From: Leidyana gryllorum EB-2025a
Lineage: Eukaryota > Protista > Apicomplexa
Assembly: GCA_048772705.1 (NCBI GenBank)
Contig: JBLWGC010000148.1
Location: 1 to 24,686, forward strand
Direction of reading: 5' to 3'
DNA length: 24,686 nt
In this document: positions 7,630-18,588 of the stretch, one piece after another
Position numbering within the stretch: position 1 is the first letter of the stretch
Layout: each line of letters opens with the position of its first letter
The notes under the pieces: model-generated
Databases searched by the model: none
What the model was told of the DNA's origin: nothing
The model's input: only the letters and a program-made list of their open reading frames with translations
Translations under genes and position numbers: made by a program

Positions 7630-8047
7630 TAGTCTGCAACATGGTTGAGGGAGCCGAAATGCGATTCTTGAGATGTTAATTGCCTTGAGTGCCGAAGTGT
7701 CTGTTGCGCTAGGTATGTCGTTTGTTTCGTTAACGGGTGAGGCACTGCTACCAGTGTAGTGGGGCGGCTCCCCCGTCGTGGGTTGCACCGCGCGGCCACT
7801 GCGTGTAGTAATCACCATTTGGTTCACTCGTCGCGTGTCGTCTCTCTGTTTGTTCCCTGTGTCGTGTTACGTGTCTAGGAAAACCTAAGTGTGTCCGTGT
7901 AGCTACTTTCGCTGAGCCTAGTCTGGGTCGTGTAACAACCGGCCTACACAACTCCGTCTGGACCAAGGGACCCTCCGTGGAGGACGACCACTACGCCAAA
8001 GGCGGACCGATTGACGGTACTTGGTCGCGACCAATGTACCAGGATGT

Positions 8048-8098
8048 CTGTGTCTCCGTCTCGTGCCGGCCCGCAGGCCGGCACACACGGAGACACGG
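8048..8098. other. GC-rich stem-loop in the element leader
   Basis: gtgtctccgt..gtgccggcc-cgca-ggccggcac..acggagacac. Confidence 0.75.
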
Positions 8099-8154
8099 GC
8101 CAGACAGTTAGATCAAAATAGATCACTTGTGCTTACCTTTTCGTTACTTGTTGC

Positions 8155-9082
8155 GTGAACATGGAACCGACCGCCGACTTACCGATGACTGTCAGCCGGA
8201 TCGGCTGCAGGCCCGTGGCCGGCGGCAGGAGCTTTAGTCGCGGTACGTTTCGATGGCATTGTTGTCTGTTCGTGCCTCTGTGTAGGCTGTCTACTGTGTT
8301 CATGCAACACTGGGAAAAGGTGGGCCTAAGGCCTGACAAACATCAACGTCTGTCCTTCTACGAGTGGCGTAGGAGCCTACCGCCGACGGTATGGGAAGCA
8401 TCGCAGGAATACTATATGCCATTAATAGACTCTTACGTCAGACTACAGAACCTCATTAAAGAAGGAAACATCACCCCAAACCGACTACAACGAATACTCG
8501 AAGATGCCCAACTCGAACGCGGCCATGGCAACGAAGCCATAACATACATCGATGGAAATCCGAAAGGACCCGACAGTCACAGAAGACAGCCCAATCATCG
8601 ACACAAGCGGAGACAAAGGCATTGCAATTCCTCAACCAAGACCTAAAGTCATTACCGTGGACAATAAAGGAGATACTAACAGACTCCCGCAACCTGCGAC
8701 CCAAGAATCCACAAGTGACCTGGATCCCACGAGAAGGAAACGTCGCCGATCGACAGATTCAGAACCAGGCAATTCGAGAATCCTCCCAACGTTCCTGGAC
8801 ATATCAAGGCAATACAGACGACAAGCCGAGAAACTACGAAGTATGGAGAGCTCCCTCCAAGCGGCTACAGATGGACTGGCGGAAGCAGCAGAGCTCCTCA
8901 TTATTCTTGGAAGATATATCGAGCGACATGAAGCCGCAAGCTTACAGTTAACATCCAGGCCCTCCCCGAACCCTGGTTTAAGAACTCCCGGCTGGGAGAA
9001 GCCAGACTGCTTGGCAGCCACTTTTCCCTCGATGAAGCTACCCATCACGAGCTCGCTAAGACCGGATACCAGGCTCCGGTAG
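8155..9082 (+). pseudogene. Frameshifted ORF1/gag-position protein with basic and helical segments
   Basis: Overlapping ORFs 8155-8646 and 8552-9082; RRKRRR patch and a helical stretch. Assignment is by position only. Confidence 0.45.
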
Positions 9083-10059
9083 CCACCATTCGCCGTCTAA
9101 GCACCGAGAGGGTTGAAAGGAAGAAGCGGGTCCCCAAAGGCAAGGCAGGGGCGGTACGACGCCGGAGAGTTGACCAAGTTCTCTCCCAGTCGCCAGCCGC
9201 TCCGCCCGCTTCAGAGGTGGTTCTCCCCCCGTCCGGCGAAGATGTCACTGCGGGGGCACTGTCGGCTCCATCGGCCTTCCACTGTGAGAGGGCAGAGTTT
9301 TCCGAGGAGACCGAGGGCGTACTGCTGTTCCCCTCAGTGGGTCGAATGAAACGGTAAGACTATCAAGCAAACTCTGTCACTAACTAGGCAATCAGACAAC
9401 TGCTGCGGCCCCATCCACTGTGTATATCCCGCCACTACCCCTCCGCAGGCCGTCCAACTGTGAGGTTCTCTCTGCCGCGGTCAATATGGACCACTCGCCG
9501 GGCTCTTCTTCATTGTTCCCCGACGTCCAGGTAAGCCCCCCCTTTTGTTAGACTCAGTTCACTCTATTGCGCAGACCCCCGGTGATCTCACTTCACGTGC
9601 TCAGCCCCAAGCCTGGGATCCCGTTCGAGACAGGTACATGCAAGAGCATCCCTCGCTCTTTGCGGTGCCTGGGAATCCTGCAAGAGGCCAGGAATTGGTA
9701 GGATACTGTCAGCGACGCTACGGCAGGTCTCGATAATGAGATTCCGCCTGTTCCATGAGACATAGGAGTCTCTACTAATGGCACGAAGCGAGGTCTTTGC
9801 TGCCCGGAGTTGCGACCGACGGAAATTGGGACATCGAGGCTGCAGAGCTTTCGCAGACCGCCGGGGGGATGAACCTTCCGCGACAGTACGACCAGCAGAC
9901 TCGTATGTCGCTCCCCAACCTTGTTGCCCTTCGCCCGGGAAACCACCGAACGTGTTTCACCACTCGGATGTGGTCCAGGGGCCCATACTACAAGAGGAAC
10001 CCACTGTGCTCATGCGAGGTCCTCTAGCCCCAGGTACGTTAGCCTCACGACTGAAAGGG

Positions 10060-10390
10060 TACACGGATCTGCTTCCCCGAGCACTGTCTAGAGTGCCTCC
10101 GAGAGTGTGGGTGGCTGAACTGGATGCATTTATGGAGCGGATGGTTTCACATTTACCTGAGGACACAGTGGGGCGCAAATTACCGGCCTCTTCAAAGCTG
10201 TCTGTCAAAAGGTGGTGAGCTCGTTGCCGATAACGTGCTTCGGCTTCAGCTACCTACACGGAAGCATTCTACAGTTTGGCTCGAGCCTATCAGTCGTGGG
10301 CGTACTGCGTGCCACATTCGGAGGAGGATCAGCTGCGCGTCTCCGGGCCATGGGTACCCGCTGCGTCCACCTTATGTCCCCAGTGTGTCG
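10060..10390 (+). pseudogene. Reverse-transcriptase core relic
   Basis: Across frames: PPRVWVAELD/LWSGWFHI (10120-10153), DNV/FGFSY (~10239), RLRAMGTRCVH/YV (10338-10378). Order and spacing resemble the DIRS RT motifs DLKDAYFHI, LPFGL and LRxxGIxxxxYLDD; the catalytic DD is absent. Confidence 0.55.
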
Positions 10391-10730
10391 CACCCTTAAA
10401 CTGTCCGGTGAAATCGTCTCCGGTCACCACCAACCCCCGATCTTCATGCCGAGGCCGCGTCACCCCCATTCTCGCGATGGTTCGAGATGTTACAGGTTGC
10501 GAGCAGCCAGCTGTGCTCTTCACAGCGTTCTGCGATCCTGAGCTGGGTGACGAGGCGGAAGATGCTGGACGGAGACTGGACTTTCTTGAAGACGAACGGC
10601 GTTCATACCACGGCGTTGTTTGTCTTCCTGGCGCTGGCTATGCTGTAGCGGTCCGGTCTCTTAACAGATGATGGGAAGCCCAATGGGGAGAGGTGGCCGT
10701 GGAAGATGGCAGAGGACGGAGGACTAGACG

Positions 10731-10985
10731 TTGACACTACACGCAGACTGGGGCGCGGTACTACAAGCGCTTGGGCCTGTCATTGACGGTTGGGATTGGG
10801 GGAACCAGGCAGCCAAAGCCAAGACTACACTTGGCAAGTTACTGGTATACGTGGCCCAGGATGAAGCGTGGCAGCCGCTGAAGGACTTCTCGGCAAGCTA
10901 CACAGCTCTCCCCAACGTTAGAGCACGGAGGATGACCAATGGTGTAAGAAGACGAACGGTCTTAACGTGTAGCTGGAAGAGTTAA
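10731..10985 (+). pseudogene. Possible RNase H N-terminal relic
   Basis: LTLHADWGAVLQ resembles a deleted version of the xTDASxxGWGAVL motif and lies between RT and YR. Confidence 0.35.
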
Positions 10986-11255
10986 CAAGAAATGCGCTCT
11001 ACTTATCTGTTGTCCAAGAATTCTAACTCTCCTGATATTTCGCCTGTCCCAACTGTCCCTTTCCATGAATCCCGTTACTAGCCAATTGGGACACTGGGAC
11101 TCGGGACTATCTCAGGGTTACGCTCCTGAGACCTTCGCTATGCTCATCGTAAGACTTGATATCGCTTCTCGAGACTGTCGTCTCGGAGTAGCAATCCGGA
11201 ATATCATGTCCTTACAAATGGAGAGTGTAGCCGAATCAAGTCGCCCTCGAAGGCA

Positions 11256-11786
11256 TTGCGGCAGGTCTGGTGCGAGGCGAAGAATCCGGCGTTGTTCGCA
11301 GCCGCTGTCGTCTTCTATCTGACGGGGCTGAGAGCTGTTGAACTGGGGGCTCTGCGGCTGGCGGTGCTGGAGAAGGAGGGGGACGCCATCAAGAGGGCGA
11401 AGAAGAGGGCCGGAAAAGTAGAGACTGTACGCATCGTCTTCCCCGATTGGGTGCGGAAGTTGCTGTACAATCTACTGAAGATCAAAGAGCGTGCGAGGTC
11501 GGAGAAGGCGTCCGACGCTCCTCTGTTCCTCCGCTTCGTCCTCTTCCCCGGGCCGCAGAAGGAGGCAAGGTGGGAGACGACAGCTCGTCGTTTACGGGAC
11601 CGCTTCCAGGCTGTCCTTGGGATCCCGCCCACGATGCGCTGTGGAAACCACCTGTGGCGTCGGGCATTCGCGACGGAGGCCGCTAAACTCCGGACTGGCG
11701 TCGCTGTTGTAACCCCAAGTCGCTACTCAAGGGGAACGAGGCCCAGTTCTCATCTCTGCATACTTTCGACCACAAGTCAGACTTAG
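11256..11786 (+). pseudogene. Tyrosine recombinase catalytic domain, frameshifted near C terminus
   Basis: YLTGLRAVEL (box I Arg), KRAKK, NHLWRRAFAT (HxxR). Removing one C at 11713-11716 gives QVATQGERGPVLISAYF, with a candidate catalytic Tyr at 11761-11763. Confidence 0.85.
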
Positions 11787-12255
11787 AACCAAGTTAGTAT
11801 TCTTGCCGACAAGTCTACCACGAATATGTCGCACACGACGGCGCAAAACAAGAACTACGACTTGTTGTACCAAGTGCAAAAGTTATCTTAGGCCGCCTCT
11901 TGCCTAGTCCAACTCTGACTTAGCCAACTTTGCTTGCGTGTGTCTCTCGCTCTGGTGCGCTGGACACACACGGTAGTTCTCCCCGACACCACACTCTGAT
12001 CATTCATGCGAGTGTCTGCACAGTTACACTGTCGCAGAGAGCTCAGACCACTAGGGTGCATTAGCCTTTACGCTTTAGTAGTAGTTGCTTTACGTTCGTT
12101 AATAATGCCTTTTCACCATCTTATACATGCCCCTATATAAGTGCCAAATATGTAGGGAAGTATCCAGATGGATGTTAATTCGATTGGAAATTTCACCAAG
12201 TCGAATTTGGCCACCCGATAGGAAGTTGACCATCAGGCAAACACGAACTACAACA

Positions 12256-12612
12256 GTAGAGAGCCGGAGGGCAGAGCCTCGGCTAAGTTTGTGTGCCGCA
12301 CACGAGGTGGGCAGGCCGCACACTTGGTGGGCCATTTGGGAAGGTCCTGGGACTGGGAAAGGGGTGTGTACGGTGTGTACAGTGTGTATGGCGGCGAGAG
12401 TAACTACTAAACAGGGCTCGGAGGCACGTGGTAAATAGCATGCAAACACAGGGAAGCGAAAAGTGGTAGAGAGCCGGAGGGCAGCAAAAGCATGGCTGGC
12501 CTCGGCTAAGTTTGTGTGCCGCACACAAGGTGGGCACGCCGCACACTTGGTGGGCCATTTGGGAAGGTCTTGGGACTGGGAAAGGGGTGTGTACGGTGTG
12601 TACAGTGTGTAT
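12256..12612. repeat. Direct repeat pair 12256-12389 and 12466-12612 at the spacer edge
   Basis: gtagagagccggagggcag...gtgtgtacggtgtgtacagtgtgtat occurs twice; the second copy is 13 nt longer. Confidence 0.93.
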
Positions 12613-12964
12613 CCGGGACTTGGGAAACATGATTTGGGGCGGCAATCCTAATGGTGTGTGAGATCTCCAAGTCTATAAAAACTTGGAGGCCAGGTGCACG
12701 ATTTTGTGTGTGCGCCTTGTGCGTCTGGGCGTGCGCCTGGTATCCAAGTGCATTTGCGCGTGGGAATCTGGGTTGCGCCTGGTATCCGCCTCGTTTGCGC
12801 TTGGTTTGCCTGTGTTTTAGTGATCTTGTTTTATGCCATGTGGGATGTTTTGTAGGCCTTATTGTCGCCTCGGAACTTGTATTGCTGGCCGACTCAGCGT
12901 GTCTGAGGGGTTTACAGAAATGCCATTACCGGAAGTGTGGGCGTGCTCGTTTACATGTCGATGA

Positions 12965-13396
12965 TTATGTACCATTGCTTCTATCGTTGTTGGTGTTCTC
13001 CTGCCGGTAAAAAGGTGGATGGTCGCCATCTCGTCGTGTTAGGGGTGGTCGAGTTCTCCTCCGGTGCTTTGGTGGCGGAACGGAAAGGGGGTCGTGGGCA
13101 GTTGTGGAGCTCCGCTTCTTCGATCTCGGCTGGGAGGGGGGTGGGGAGGGTTCGCGTGGTCCATCCAAGTCGTCGAGGCCGACGCTGCTTCTCTCTGAGA
13201 GAGCCTCCGGACGACGTGACGTCCGGCTGCATTCGGGCTCCTCCAGATCGCCTTCCTCTCCATCGTCGGAGGACTCGAGACTATCAAAGCGGAGAACCTG
13301 GGAGCCAGCCTCTACCGCTTTGCTCGTGATCTCCTTTTGAAATACCCACTCGACCCTCGTACCCGTGATGGGTTTGGACGAGTTGTAGATATCCAA
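12965..13396 (-). CDS. Hypothetical protein fragment (acidic, then Pro/basic low-complexity tail)
   Basis: 143-codon frame without ATG in the unique spacer, open slightly further upstream (EAGHDVGADWERNGVYL); no recognisable family. Confidence 0.3.
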   Translation of the reverse strand: MDIYNSSKPITGTRVEWVFQKEITSKAVEAGSQVLRFDSLESSDDGEEGDLEEPECSRTSRRPEALSERSSVGLDDLDGPREPSPPPSQPRSKKRSSTTAHDPLSVPPPKHRRRTRPPLTRRDGDHPPFYRQENTNNDRSNGT

Positions 13397-14038
13397 ATAG
13401 ACCCCGTTCCTCTCCCAGTCGGCACCAACATCGTGGCCAGCCTCCGAGTGCTCGACTCACACACATCAACGTAGTGGCGGACCGAGCCGGTTCCCGACTG
13501 CCCCAGATCCTTGGCGACTGTTGTAGTTCGTGTTTGCCTGATGGTCAACTTCCTATCGGGTGGCCAAATTCGACTTGGTGAAATTTCCAATCGAATTAAC
13601 ATCCATCTGGATACTTCCCTACATATTTGGCACTTATATAGGGGCATGTATAAGATGGTGAAAAGGCATTATTAACGAACGTAAAGCAACTACTACTAAA
13701 GCGTAAAGGCTAATGCACCCTAGTGGTCTGAGCTCTCTGCGACAGTGTAACTGTGCAGACACTCGCATGAATGATCAGAGTGTGGTGTCGGGGAGAACTA
13801 CCGTGTGTGTCCAGCGCGAGGCTCCGCAAGAGTGCGAGCGACTGGCACATGGGTGGAGTGAGAGAGACACCAGAGCGAGAGACACACGCAAGCAAAGTTG
13901 GCTAAGTCAGAGTTGGACTAGGCAAGAGGCGGCCTAAGATAACTTTTGCACTTGGTACAACAAGTCGTAGTTCTTGTTTTGCGCCGTCGTGTGCGACATA
14001 TTCGTGGTAGACTTGTCGGCAAAAATACTAACTTGGTT

Positions 14039-14569
14039 CTAAGTCTGACTTGTGGTCGAAAGTATGCAGAGATGAGAACTGGGCCTCGTTCCCCTTGAGT
14101 AGCGACTTGGGGTTACAACAGCGACGCCAGTCCGGAGTTTAGCGGCCTCCGTCGCGAATGCCCGACGCCACAGGTGGTTTCCACAGCGCATCGTGGGCGG
14201 GATCCCAAGGACAGCCTGGAAGCGGTCCCGTAAACGACGAGCTGTCGTCTCCCACCTTGCCTCCTTCTGCGGCCCGGGGAAGAGGACGAAGCGGAGGAAC
14301 AGAGGAGCGTCGGACGCCTTCTCCGACCTCGCACGCTCTTTGATCTTCAGTAGATTGTACAGCAACTTCCGCACCCAATCGGGGAAGACGATGCGTACAG
14401 TCTCTACTTTTCCGGCCCTCTTCTTCGCCCTCTTGATGGCGTCCCCCTCCTTCTCCAGCACCGCCAGCCGCAGAGCCCCCAGTTCAACAGCTCTCAGCCC
14501 CGTCAGATAGAAGACGACAGCGGCTGCGAACAACGCCGGATTCTTCGCCTCGCACCAGACCTGCCGCAA
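14039..14569 (-). pseudogene. Tyrosine recombinase domain (mirror copy)
   Basis: Translation identical to 11256-11786. Confidence 0.85.
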
Positions 14570-16742
14570 TGCCTTCGAGGGCGACTTGATTCGGCTACAC
14601 TCTCCATTTGTAAGGACATGATATTCCGGATTGCTACTCCGAGACGACAGTCTCGAGAAGCGATATCAAGTCTTACGATGAGCATAGCGAAGGTCTCAGG
14701 AGCGTAACCCTGAGATAGTCCCGAGTCCCAGTGTCCCAATTGGCTAGTAACGGGATTCATGGAAAGGGACAGTTGGGACAGGCGAAATATCAGGAGAGTT
14801 AGAATTCTTGGACAACAGATAAGTAGAGCGCATTTCTTGTTAACTCTTCCAGCTACACGTTAAGACCGTTCGTCTTCTTACACCATTGGTCATCCTCCGT
14901 GCTCTAACGTTGGGGAGAGCTGTGTAGCTTGCCGAGAAGTCCTTCAGCGGCTGCCACGCTTCATCCTGGGCCACGTATACCAGTAACTTGCCAAGTGTAG
15001 TCTTGGCTTTGGCTGCCTGGTTCCCCCAATCCCAACCGTCAATGACAGGCCCAAGCGCTTGTAGTACCGCGCCCCAGTCTGCGTGTAGTGTCAACGTCTA
15101 GTCCTCCGTCCTCTGCCATCTTCCACGGCCACCTCCCCCCATTGGGCTTCCCATCATCTGTTAAGAGACCGGACCGCTACAGCATAGCCAGCGCCAGGAA
15201 GACAAACAACGCCGTGGTATGAACGCCGTTCGTCTTCAAGAAAGTCCAGTCTCCGTCCAGCATCTTCCGCCTCGTCACCCAGCTCAGGATCGCAGAACGC
15301 TGTGAAGAGCACAGCTGGCTGCTCGCAACCTGTAACATCTCGAACCATCGCGAGAATGGGGGTGACGGGGCCTCGGCATGAAGATCGGGGGTTGGTGGTG
15401 ACCGGAGACGATTTCACCGGACAGTTTAAGGGTGCGACACACTGGGGACATAAGGTGGACGCAGCGGGTACCCATGGCCCGGAGACGCGCAGCTGATCCT
15501 CCTCCGAATGTGGCACGCAGTACGCCCACGACTGATAGGCTCGAGCCAAACTGTAGAATGCTTCCGTGTAGGTAGCTGAAGCCGAAGCACGTTATCGGCA
15601 ACGAGCTCACCACCTTTTGACAGACAGCTTTGAAGAGGCCGGTAATTTGCGCCCCACTGTGTCCTCAGGTAAACGTGAAACCATCCGCTCCATAAATGCA
15701 TCCAGTTCAGCCACCCACACTCTCGGAGGCACTCTAGACAGTGCTCGGGGAAGCAGATCCGTGTACCCTTTCAGTCGTGAGGCTAACGTACCTGGGGCTA
15801 GAGGACCTCGCATGAGCACAGTGGGTTCCCCTTGTAGTATGGGCCCCTGGACCACATCCGAGTGGTGAAACACGTTCGGTGGTCTCCCGGGCGAAGGGCA
15901 ACAAGGTTGGGGAGCGACATACGAGTCTGCTGGTCGTACTGTCGCGGAAGGTTCATCCCCCCGGCGGTCTGCGAAAGCTCTGCAGCCTCGATGTCCCAAT
16001 TTCCGTCGGTCGCAACTCCGGGCAGCAAAGACCTCGCTTCGTGCCATTAGTAGAGACTCCTATGTCTCATGGAACAGGCGGAATCTCATTATCGAGACCT
16101 GCCGTAGCGTCGCTGACAGTATCCTACCAATTCCTGGCCTCTTGCAGGATTCCCAGGCACCGCAAAGAGCGAGGGATGCTCTTGCATGTACCTGTCTCGA
16201 ACGGGATCCCAGGCTTGGGGCTGAGCACGTGAAGTGAGATCACCGGGGGTCTGCGCAATAGAGTGAACTGAGTCTAACAAAAGGGGGGGCTTACCTGGAC
16301 GTCGGGGAACAATGAAGAAGAGCCCGGCGAGTGGTCCATATTGACCGCGGCAGAGAGAACCTCACAGTTGGACGGCCTGCGGAGGGGTAGTGGCGGGATA
16401 TACACAGTGGATGGGGCCGCAGCAGTTGTCTGATTGCCTAGTTAGTGACAGAGTTTGCTTGATAGTCTTACCGTTTCATTCGACCCACTGAGGGGAACAG
16501 CAGTACGCCCTCGGTCTCCTCGGAAAACTCTGCCCTCTCACAGTGGAAGGCCGATGGAGCCGACAGTGCCCCCGCACTGACATCTTCGCCGGACGGGGGG
16601 AGAACCACCTCTGAAGCGGGCGGAGCGGCTGGCGACTGGGAGAGAACTTGGTCAACTCTCCGGCGTCGTACCGCCCCTGCCTTGCCTTTGGGGACCCGCT
16701 TCTTCCTTTCAACCCTCTCGGTGCTTAGACGGCGAATGGTGG

Positions 16743-17670
16743 CTACCGGAGCGTGGTATCCGGTCTTAGCGAGCTCGTGATGGGTAGCTTCATCGAGGGA
16801 AAAGTGGCTGCCAAGCAGTCTGGCTTCTCCCAGCCGGGAGTTCTTAAACCAGGGTTCGGGGAGGGCCTGGATGTTAACTGTAAGCTTGCGGCTTCATGTC
16901 GCTCGATATATCTTCCAAGAATAATGAGGAGCTCTGCTGCTTCCGCCAGTCCATCTGTAGCCGCTTGGAGGGAGCTCTCCATACTTCGTAGTTTCTCGGC
17001 TTGTCGTCTGTATTGCCTTGATATGTCCAGGAACGTTGGGAGGATTCTCGAATTGCCTGGTTCTGAATCTGTCGATCGGCGACGTTTCCTTCTCGTGGGA
17101 TCCAGGTCACTTGTGGATTCTTGGGTCGCAGGTTGCGGGAGTCTGTTAGTATCTCCTTTATTGTCCACGGTAATGACTTTAGGTCTTGGTTGAGGAATTG
17201 CAATGCCTTTGTCTCCGCTTGTGTCGATGATTGGGCTGTCTTCTGTGACTGTCGGGTCCTTTCGGATTTCCATCGATGTATGTTATGGCTTCGTTGCCAT
17301 GGCCGCGTTCGAGTTGGGCATCTTCGAGTATTCGTTGTAGTCGGTTTGGGGTGATGTTTCCTTCTTTAATGAGGTTCTGTAGTCTGACGTAAGAGTCTAT
17401 TAATGGCATATAGTATTCCTGCGATGCTTCCCATACCGTCGGCGGTAGGCTCCTACGCCACTCGTAGAAGGACAGACGTTGATGTTTGTCAGGCCTTAGG
17501 CCCACCTTTTCCCAGTGTTGCATGAACACAGTAGACAGCCTACACAGAGGCACGAACAGACAACAATGCCATCGAAACGTACCGCGACTAAAGCTCCTGC
17601 CGCCGGCCACGGGCCTGCAGCCGATCCGGCTGACAGTCATCGGTAAGTCGGCGGTCGGTTCCATGTTCAC
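16743..17670 (-). pseudogene. ORF1-position frameshifted protein (mirror copy)
   Basis: Mirror of 8155-9082. Confidence 0.45.
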
Positions 17671-18207
17671 GCAACAAGTAACGAAAAGGTAAGCACAAGT
17701 GATCTATTTTGATCTAACTGTCTGGCCCGTGTCTCCGTGTGTGCCGGCCTCCGGCCGGCACGAGACGGAGACACAGACATCCTGGTACATTGGTCGCGAC
17801 CAAGTACCGTCAATCGGTCCGCCTTTGGCGTAGTGGTCGTCCTCCACGGAGGGTCCCTTGGTCCAGACGGAGTTGTGTAGGCCGGTTGTTACACGACCCA
17901 GACTAGGCTCAGCGAAAGTAGCTACACAGACACACTTAGGTTTTCCTAGACACGTAACACGACACAGGGAACAAACAGAGAGACGACACGCGACGAGTGA
18001 ACCAAATGGTGATTACTACACGCAGTGGCCGCGCAGTGCAACCCACGACGGGGGAGCCGCCCCACTACACTGGTAGCAGTGCCTCACCCGTTAACGAAAC
18101 CCGTTAATGAAACAAACGACATACCTAGCGCAACAGACACTTCGGCACTCAAGGCAATTAACATCTCAAGAATCGCATTTCGGCTCCCTCAACCATGTTG
18201 CAGACTA

Positions 18208-18279
18208 AGCAGTGTAGCTCAGTGGAAGAGTGTTGGGCTCATAACCCAAAGGTCCGTCGATCGAAACGACGCACTGCTA
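18208..18279 (+). tRNA. Initiator tRNA-Met(CAT)
   Basis: agcagtg...ttggg-ctcataa-cccaa...cgtcg-atcgaaa-cgacg-cactgct-a. Confidence 0.95.
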
Positions 18280-18328
18280 CGTGTGGGCAGGAGGGAAACA
18301 GCTATAGAATTGATTGGGTCGTGACCAA

Positions 18329-18400
18329 AGCCTTCTGCCGGAATCGAACCGGCGACCTTTCGCTTACTAAGCGAATGCTCTGCCCCTAAGCTAAGAAGGC
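18329..18400 (-). tRNA. tRNA-Thr(AGT)
   Basis: Mirror of 7437-7508. Confidence 0.92.
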
Positions 18401-18462
18401 AATGCAAGCCAAAGATCACCCGTCCCGTAGATTAGCCAGGAGACAGTACCGTGGCAAAATAT

Positions 18463-18541
18463 AGCTTACGGTAAGGCTTACGGTACGTCTTACGGTCAGG
18501 GTTACGGCCCGTAAGACGTACCGTAGGCCTTACCGTAAGCT
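18463..18541. repeat. Hairpin (mirror of 7296-7374)
   Basis: Same 33-bp stem. Confidence 0.92.
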
Positions 18542-18588
18542 GTATCGTGCGACGTGCTGTCGGATAGAGTGTTGTCATATTGTTTCGT

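Larger units (their letters stand above)
7702..12102 (+). mobile_element. Decayed DIRS-like (tyrosine-recombinase) retrotransposon; boundaries approximate
   Basis: Order ORF1 - RT relic - RNase H relic - YR on one strand with many frameshifts. Left boundary inferred from paralogous tRNA spacers at ~22540 and ~4670; right boundary uncertain. Confidence 0.65.
1407..12257. repeat. Left arm of a ~11-kb inverted duplication (palindrome)
   Basis: Reverse complement of 13517-24685. Mirrored ORF pairs have coordinate sums that step 26092/25838/25837/25824/25825/25774 at individual indels. Confidence 0.97.
13672..18135 (-). mobile_element. Mirror copy of the decayed DIRS-like element
   Basis: Reverse complement of 7702-12102 with the same ORF breaks. 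Confidence 0.65.

Noticed and set aside
9650-9715. SLFAVPG..LVGYC as RT domain 1 (FxVPK..RxxxD)
   Set aside because: Plausible but much farther from the DLxxxxFH motif than usual, so it was not used as evidence.
11256-11786. Prophage or genomic-island integrase next to a tRNA att site
   Set aside because: The tRNAs are eukaryotic, there are no phage genes or duplicated tRNA 3' end at the element borders, and RT-like relics lie upstream.
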